Source: an uncultured bacterium (GTDB taxonomy: Bacteria > Planctomycetota > UBA1135 > GCA-002686595). From it: a DNA stretch of 64,000 nucleotides. Below the pieces are notes generated by a model. It ran no database searches, was not told the origin of the DNA, and saw only the letters and a list, made by a program, of their open reading frames with translations. The stretch lies in the NCBI GenBank assembly GCA_943787795.1, contig CALSNU010000004.1, positions 576,001-640,000 on the forward strand, in the 5' to 3' direction. Positions 60,447 to 64,000 of this stretch are shown in pieces. The translations under genes were made by a program, and so were the position numbers. Each line of letters starts with the position of its first letter. The first letter of the stretch is position 1.

Positions 60447-61555
60447 CAGTAGATCCCCCACACGTTGAAGAACACGGCGAAGAGCGCGTCGAGCAGGACG
60501 AGCCAGAACAGCATCGCGACCACGGCGGAGGTCGTCGAACGGCCCACGCCCTCCGCGCCGCCGCGGGCCGCCAGCCCGCGCTCACAGGCGATCCCCGCGA
60601 TGAAGATGCCGAAGACCGAGGCCTTGAGGAGACCACCGAGGATGTCCGCCGGGACCAGCGCCTCCTGGGTCGACATGAGGAACTTGCGCATCCCGATCTC
60701 GAGGGTGGAGGTCGCCACCAGCGCGCCGCTGAGGATCCCGATGAGGTCACCCGCGAGCGTCAGGAGCGGGAGTACGAGCAGGAGCGCGAAGATGCGCGGG
60801 AAGACCAGGAAGCGGTGGGGACAGATGCCAAGCGTCCGCAGGGCGTCCACCTCCTCGGACACCTTCATGGTCCCGATCTCGGCGGCGATCGCCGCCCCAG
60901 ACCGGCCGGCCACCACGATGGCCGTCATGAGCGGCGCGAGCTCCCGGGTCAGGGAGAGGCTCACGAGGTCGGCCACAAACGCATCCGCCCCGAACTTCTG
61001 CAGCTGAATGGCGGCTTGGAAGGCCGTGATCAACCCCATCAGCGAACCGATCACGCACACGATCGGGAGCCCATCTGCGCCGTGCCGCTCCACCTGTCGA
61101 CCGACCGCACCCCACTCGATCGACGCGGGGCGGCGCAGGCCGGCGAGCAGCGCTCCAGAGAGCTGCCCAACGAAGGCCAGCATGTCCCGGAGCGTCGCGA
61201 CCAGCTCCAGCGCGGCCTGACCGACCTCAGCGATGAAGCCGTGCCGGCGCCGGGGCGGCTGCGCCCGAGGCGCCGAGTCGCGCCAGTACAGAGCCACGAT
61301 CGAGGCCACGTCCGCCGCGGCGCCTTCGACCCTCGGCGGCGCTCCCGACGAGCACAGCGCGTCCGCGAGGACAGAGGCCGCCGCTCCCTCCATGCGCTCC
61401 ACGCCCTCGAGGTCGAGCACCTCTACGGGCGCCTGCGAGAGGGCCGACTTGACCTCCGCTCGGAGGCGAGACGCCTCGTCGAGCGCGAGGACGCCGTGAA
61501 GCCGGAGGGCCCGCTCCCCCCCTGGCGTCTGAATGATCTCGGCGAGCGGGGGCAT
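60446..61555 (-). CDS. STAS-MlaE fusion ABC permease
   Basis: STAS-like N-terminus; RELAPLMTAIVVAGRSG.A.AAEIGTM, GGAEGVGRSTT.AVV. Confidence 0.92.
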   Translation of the reverse strand: MPPLAEIIQTPGGERALRLHGVLALDEASRLRAEVKSALSQAPVEVLDLEGVERMEGAAASVLADALCSSGAPPRVEGAAADVASIVALYWRDSAPRAQPPRRRHGFIAEVGQAALELVATLRDMLAFVGQLSGALLAGLRRPASIEWGAVGRQVERHGADGLPIVCVIGSLMGLITAFQAAIQLQKFGADAFVADLVSLSLTRELAPLMTAIVVAGRSGAAIAAEIGTMKVSEEVDALRTLGICPHRFLVFPRIFALLLVLPLLTLAGDLIGILSGALVATSTLEIGMRKFLMSTQEALVPADILGGLLKASVFGIFIAGIACERGLAARGGAEGVGRSTTSAVVAMLFWLVLLDALFAVFFNVWGIY

Positions 61556-61711
61556 TGGAGAATTGGAGCAAGGCGGCCCGCCCCCGTCCACCACCACCCC
61601 GGTCACTCCACCGCCACATCACCGCACCGGCTCCCTGGAGCCCCCAGTCCACCGCGATGCCCGCCGAGCCGTTCGCAGAGAGCGGACGATAGCGCGGGTC
61701 AAGAGCGCCCT

Positions 61712-64000
61712 TCAGGGGCGCGACACGCCGATCACCAGCACCTGGCCAGCAGCGGGGTCGGTGACGATGACAAGGTCCCCGGCGGCGTCCACGTCCATGG
61801 CCCCCTGCGTGCCTGTGAGCCAGCCAGCGAAGACGGGCGCCGACGGGTTCGACATATCGAAGGCCGCCACCGCACCGGGTCCCTCCAGGGCGGCAGCGAG
61901 GAAGCGCACCCCGCCGCTCTCTCCGAGCGCGAGGGAGACCGGTCTCAGCCCGCTCATGGTCGCCGCGGCCCGTTGACCCTCCGGGTCAAGAGCGGCGGCG
62001 CGCCCTACGAGGCGCTGACCCGAGGTCCACACCTCCGCCCCCTCCGCGTCCCGAATCCCGATCGACCGCGCGCCGAAGGCGAGCAGCGAGTTGGTCAGAC
62101 CATCCTGGTCCGGATCAGACCCCACGGTGGAGACCAGGAGGTCCCCCGCCTCTTGGGGCTGCTGCAGCTGAAGCGCGCCGGGAAACGCGAGCGTGTCCAG
62201 CGTCAGATCGGCCACGCGCTCTCGCTCGTCGTACCCGGCCCCGGTGCCCCCCGCCCCCGGAGTGACTCGCGCCAGCCCACCGTTCGCCAGGGCGACGCGG
62301 GCCTCACCGCGGTCTGAGAAGGCCACGAGGTCCAGCGGCTGGATGAGCCCCTGCAACGGGAGCGGCCTCGGATCAAAGGCGCCCTGAACGCTCGATGCGT
62401 CGATGCCCTCCGGCTCCAGCTCGACCACGGCGAACGCGGTCGCGGGCCCGCCGACGCCCGAGAGCACGCCGCTACCGGGCGCCGCGGCCGCCTGCCCCAG
62501 GCCCGCGCCGTTGTCGAAGGTCACCACGAGGTCGTCCCCGAGCGAGGCGAGCCCGCTCGCGCGACCGCTGCCGCCCAGCCCCGCGTCGGAGAGGTCCGCG
62601 CGGAGCACCTTGTGGACCGGGTTCACCGGGACCTGCAGCGCGCCGAGCTGATCAGGCGGGGTCGCCTCCAGCTGCCCCGAGACCGCGGCGTAGTCCGCGG
62701 GGGCCAGGCTCTGGAGGTTGGTCGCGGCGGACAGGTCGAGCGAGTAGACGCCGCAGAACCCCTCGGGGTCCGCCGCAGACTCCAGCAGCGCGAGGCCGCC
62801 GAAGGCTCCGCTGTTCGAGACGCAGAGTCCCTCCACCGAGTGATCCACGGCGTCCAGCACCAGGGCGTACTCGCCCACCGTGGCCCCGGTGGTGTCGTCG
62901 ATCTGCAGGAGGCGGATCACGGCTGATGAGGCCGAGATCGCGTCGGAGGCGGTGTCTGGCTGATCGAGGGGCAGCCGCGCCGCCGCCGTGAGGACTCCCG
63001 CGGAGTCGTCGTGGGCCAGCGCGCCGAAGCCGCCAAAGCGTCGCCCGGGACCGAAGTCGAGGTTGGCCCGACGCGCGGCATAGACCGCAGGCAAGGTCGG
63101 GGTCCCAAGAGAGGCCGGCGTCCCCTCGGGGACGAGGCGCTGGACCAAGGCGCCGGTGGCGTCGAACTCCCAGAGCCCGCAGCGCCTGGCTTCCGCGAGC
63201 CAGAAGCCACCGGAGGGGAGCGCCGAGGCGCCGCCGAAGCGCGCGCCAAGCGCCGACGCAGCCACCGGGTTGCCGCTCGTGTCCACCGTGGGTTCATCCT
63301 GGAACGCGAGGCCCGTGGCGGACGCGAACAGGCTCGGACGCCCCACCACCGCCGCCCCCTGACCGTCGGACAGCGGCAGCTGGGAGACCAACGCCACGGC
63401 GCCGGTCTGGGGGTCAAGCTCGACCACGCGTAGCTGCAGCTGCTGGTCCGGGGCCACCATCGGGAGCTCGAGAGACTGGTCACCGTCCACGTCCACCGGA
63501 GCCAGAACTGGCCCCGCGCCATCGATCACCGTGACCCTGACGCGACCGTTGACCGTTGACGCCGCGGCGATCCCGGTGAACCCGCCCACCTCGATAGCGT
63601 CACCGGCCGCGGTGGTCAGCTGGGCCGGCGGCGCGTCCCACTCGATCCGCTGGCCGCTGGCGAAGGCACCCGCCTCGAACGTCCCCCAAGCGCGATCTGC
63701 GAGGGGCAGGCAACCGGTCGCCAGCTCCTCCACGGTGTCGATGAGGATCAGCACGTCGTTCTCCGGACAGGCCACCCACGCCGCGGTCCCCTCAGCGCTC
63801 AGGGCGACCGCCCTGGGCGTGAGCTGCAGCGAGGCCACGGTGGGGACGTTGGGGTTGGGGTCCTTGAACCACCGGGCCCCTGCCGCCTCGAGGGCAGCCT
63901 CGTCCCCGTCAAAGGCCGTGAAGGGGATGGGCGCGATGTCCGTGGACGGGTTCATCAGCGCGGGTCCGCCGAGAGGCACCCTGTAGATCGTGACGTAGCC
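61712..64000 (-). CDS. Choice-of-anchor-I/alkaline-phosphatase-like beta-propeller with inserted phytase-like domain (5'-truncated, motifs degenerate)
   Basis: ERVADLTLD..AFP, AFGARS, SNP..PVF; LP.VYA.RRAN, IRLL.ID, GEY..VLD. Confidence 0.65.
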   Translation of the reverse strand, partial: GYVTIYRVPLGGPALMNPSTDIAPIPFTAFDGDEAALEAAGARWFKDPNPNVPTVASLQLTPRAVALSAEGTAAWVACPENDVLILIDTVEELATGCLPLADRAWGTFEAGAFASGQRIEWDAPPAQLTTAAGDAIEVGGFTGIAAASTVNGRVRVTVIDGAGPVLAPVDVDGDQSLELPMVAPDQQLQLRVVELDPQTGAVALVSQLPLSDGQGAAVVGRPSLFASATGLAFQDEPTVDTSGNPVAASALGARFGGASALPSGGFWLAEARRCGLWEFDATGALVQRLVPEGTPASLGTPTLPAVYAARRANLDFGPGRRFGGFGALAHDDSAGVLTAAARLPLDQPDTASDAISASSAVIRLLQIDDTTGATVGEYALVLDAVDHSVEGLCVSNSGAFGGLALLESAADPEGFCGVYSLDLSAATNLQSLAPADYAAVSGQLEATPPDQLGALQVPVNPVHKVLRADLSDAGLGGSGRASGLASLGDDLVVTFDNGAGLGQAAAAPGSGVLSGVGGPATAFAVVELEPEGIDASSVQGAFDPRPLPLQGLIQPLDLVAFSDRGEARVALANGGLARVTPGAGGTGAGYDERERVADLTLDTLAFPGALQLQQPQEAGDLLVSTVGSDPDQDGLTNSLLAFGARSIGIRDAEGAEVWTSGQRLVGRAAALDPEGQRAAATMSGLRPVSLALGESGGVRFLAAALEGPGAVAAFDMSNPSAPVFAGWLTGTQGAMDVDAAGDLVIVTDPAAGQVLVIGVSRP

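Noticed and set aside
57384..61555. Functional link between tdk and the Mla/Pqi operon
   Set aside because: Adjacency (9-bp gap) is the only evidence, and both are well-known independent functions.

Overview
This is a 64 kb, GC-rich bacterial chromosomal segment. It is probably from a Planctomycetota, inferred from the DUF1552 protein, arylsulfatase, Tat-exported isomerase, orphan mraZ and FG-GAP surface proteins. It holds about 50 CDS; I recognised no rRNA, tRNA, CRISPR array or transposase. Recognisable functions are a beta-oxidation cluster (fadJ/fadI-like, TetR, fadE, OM barrel, fadD, acyltransferase), an Mla/Pqi-type ABC system, tdk, class II photolyase, nnr and mraZ. Most notable unexplained signals: (1) one ~135-145 aa C-terminal domain shared by four unrelated exported proteins, a candidate sorting/anchoring signal; (2) a four-gene cassette (degenerate sigma-like protein, TPR-like protein, small secreted propeptide, membrane-anchored surface protein) with a compositionally foreign core; (3) an 11-bp-period TGG array upstream of orphan mraZ; (4) a translationally coupled catabolic operon of unknown substrate; (5) four unrelated intergenic minisatellites; (6) frequent leaderless TANNNT-N6/7-ATG starts. 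Several +1 frameshifts probably reflect consensus errors. All product calls come from motif recognition by eye; no database search was run.
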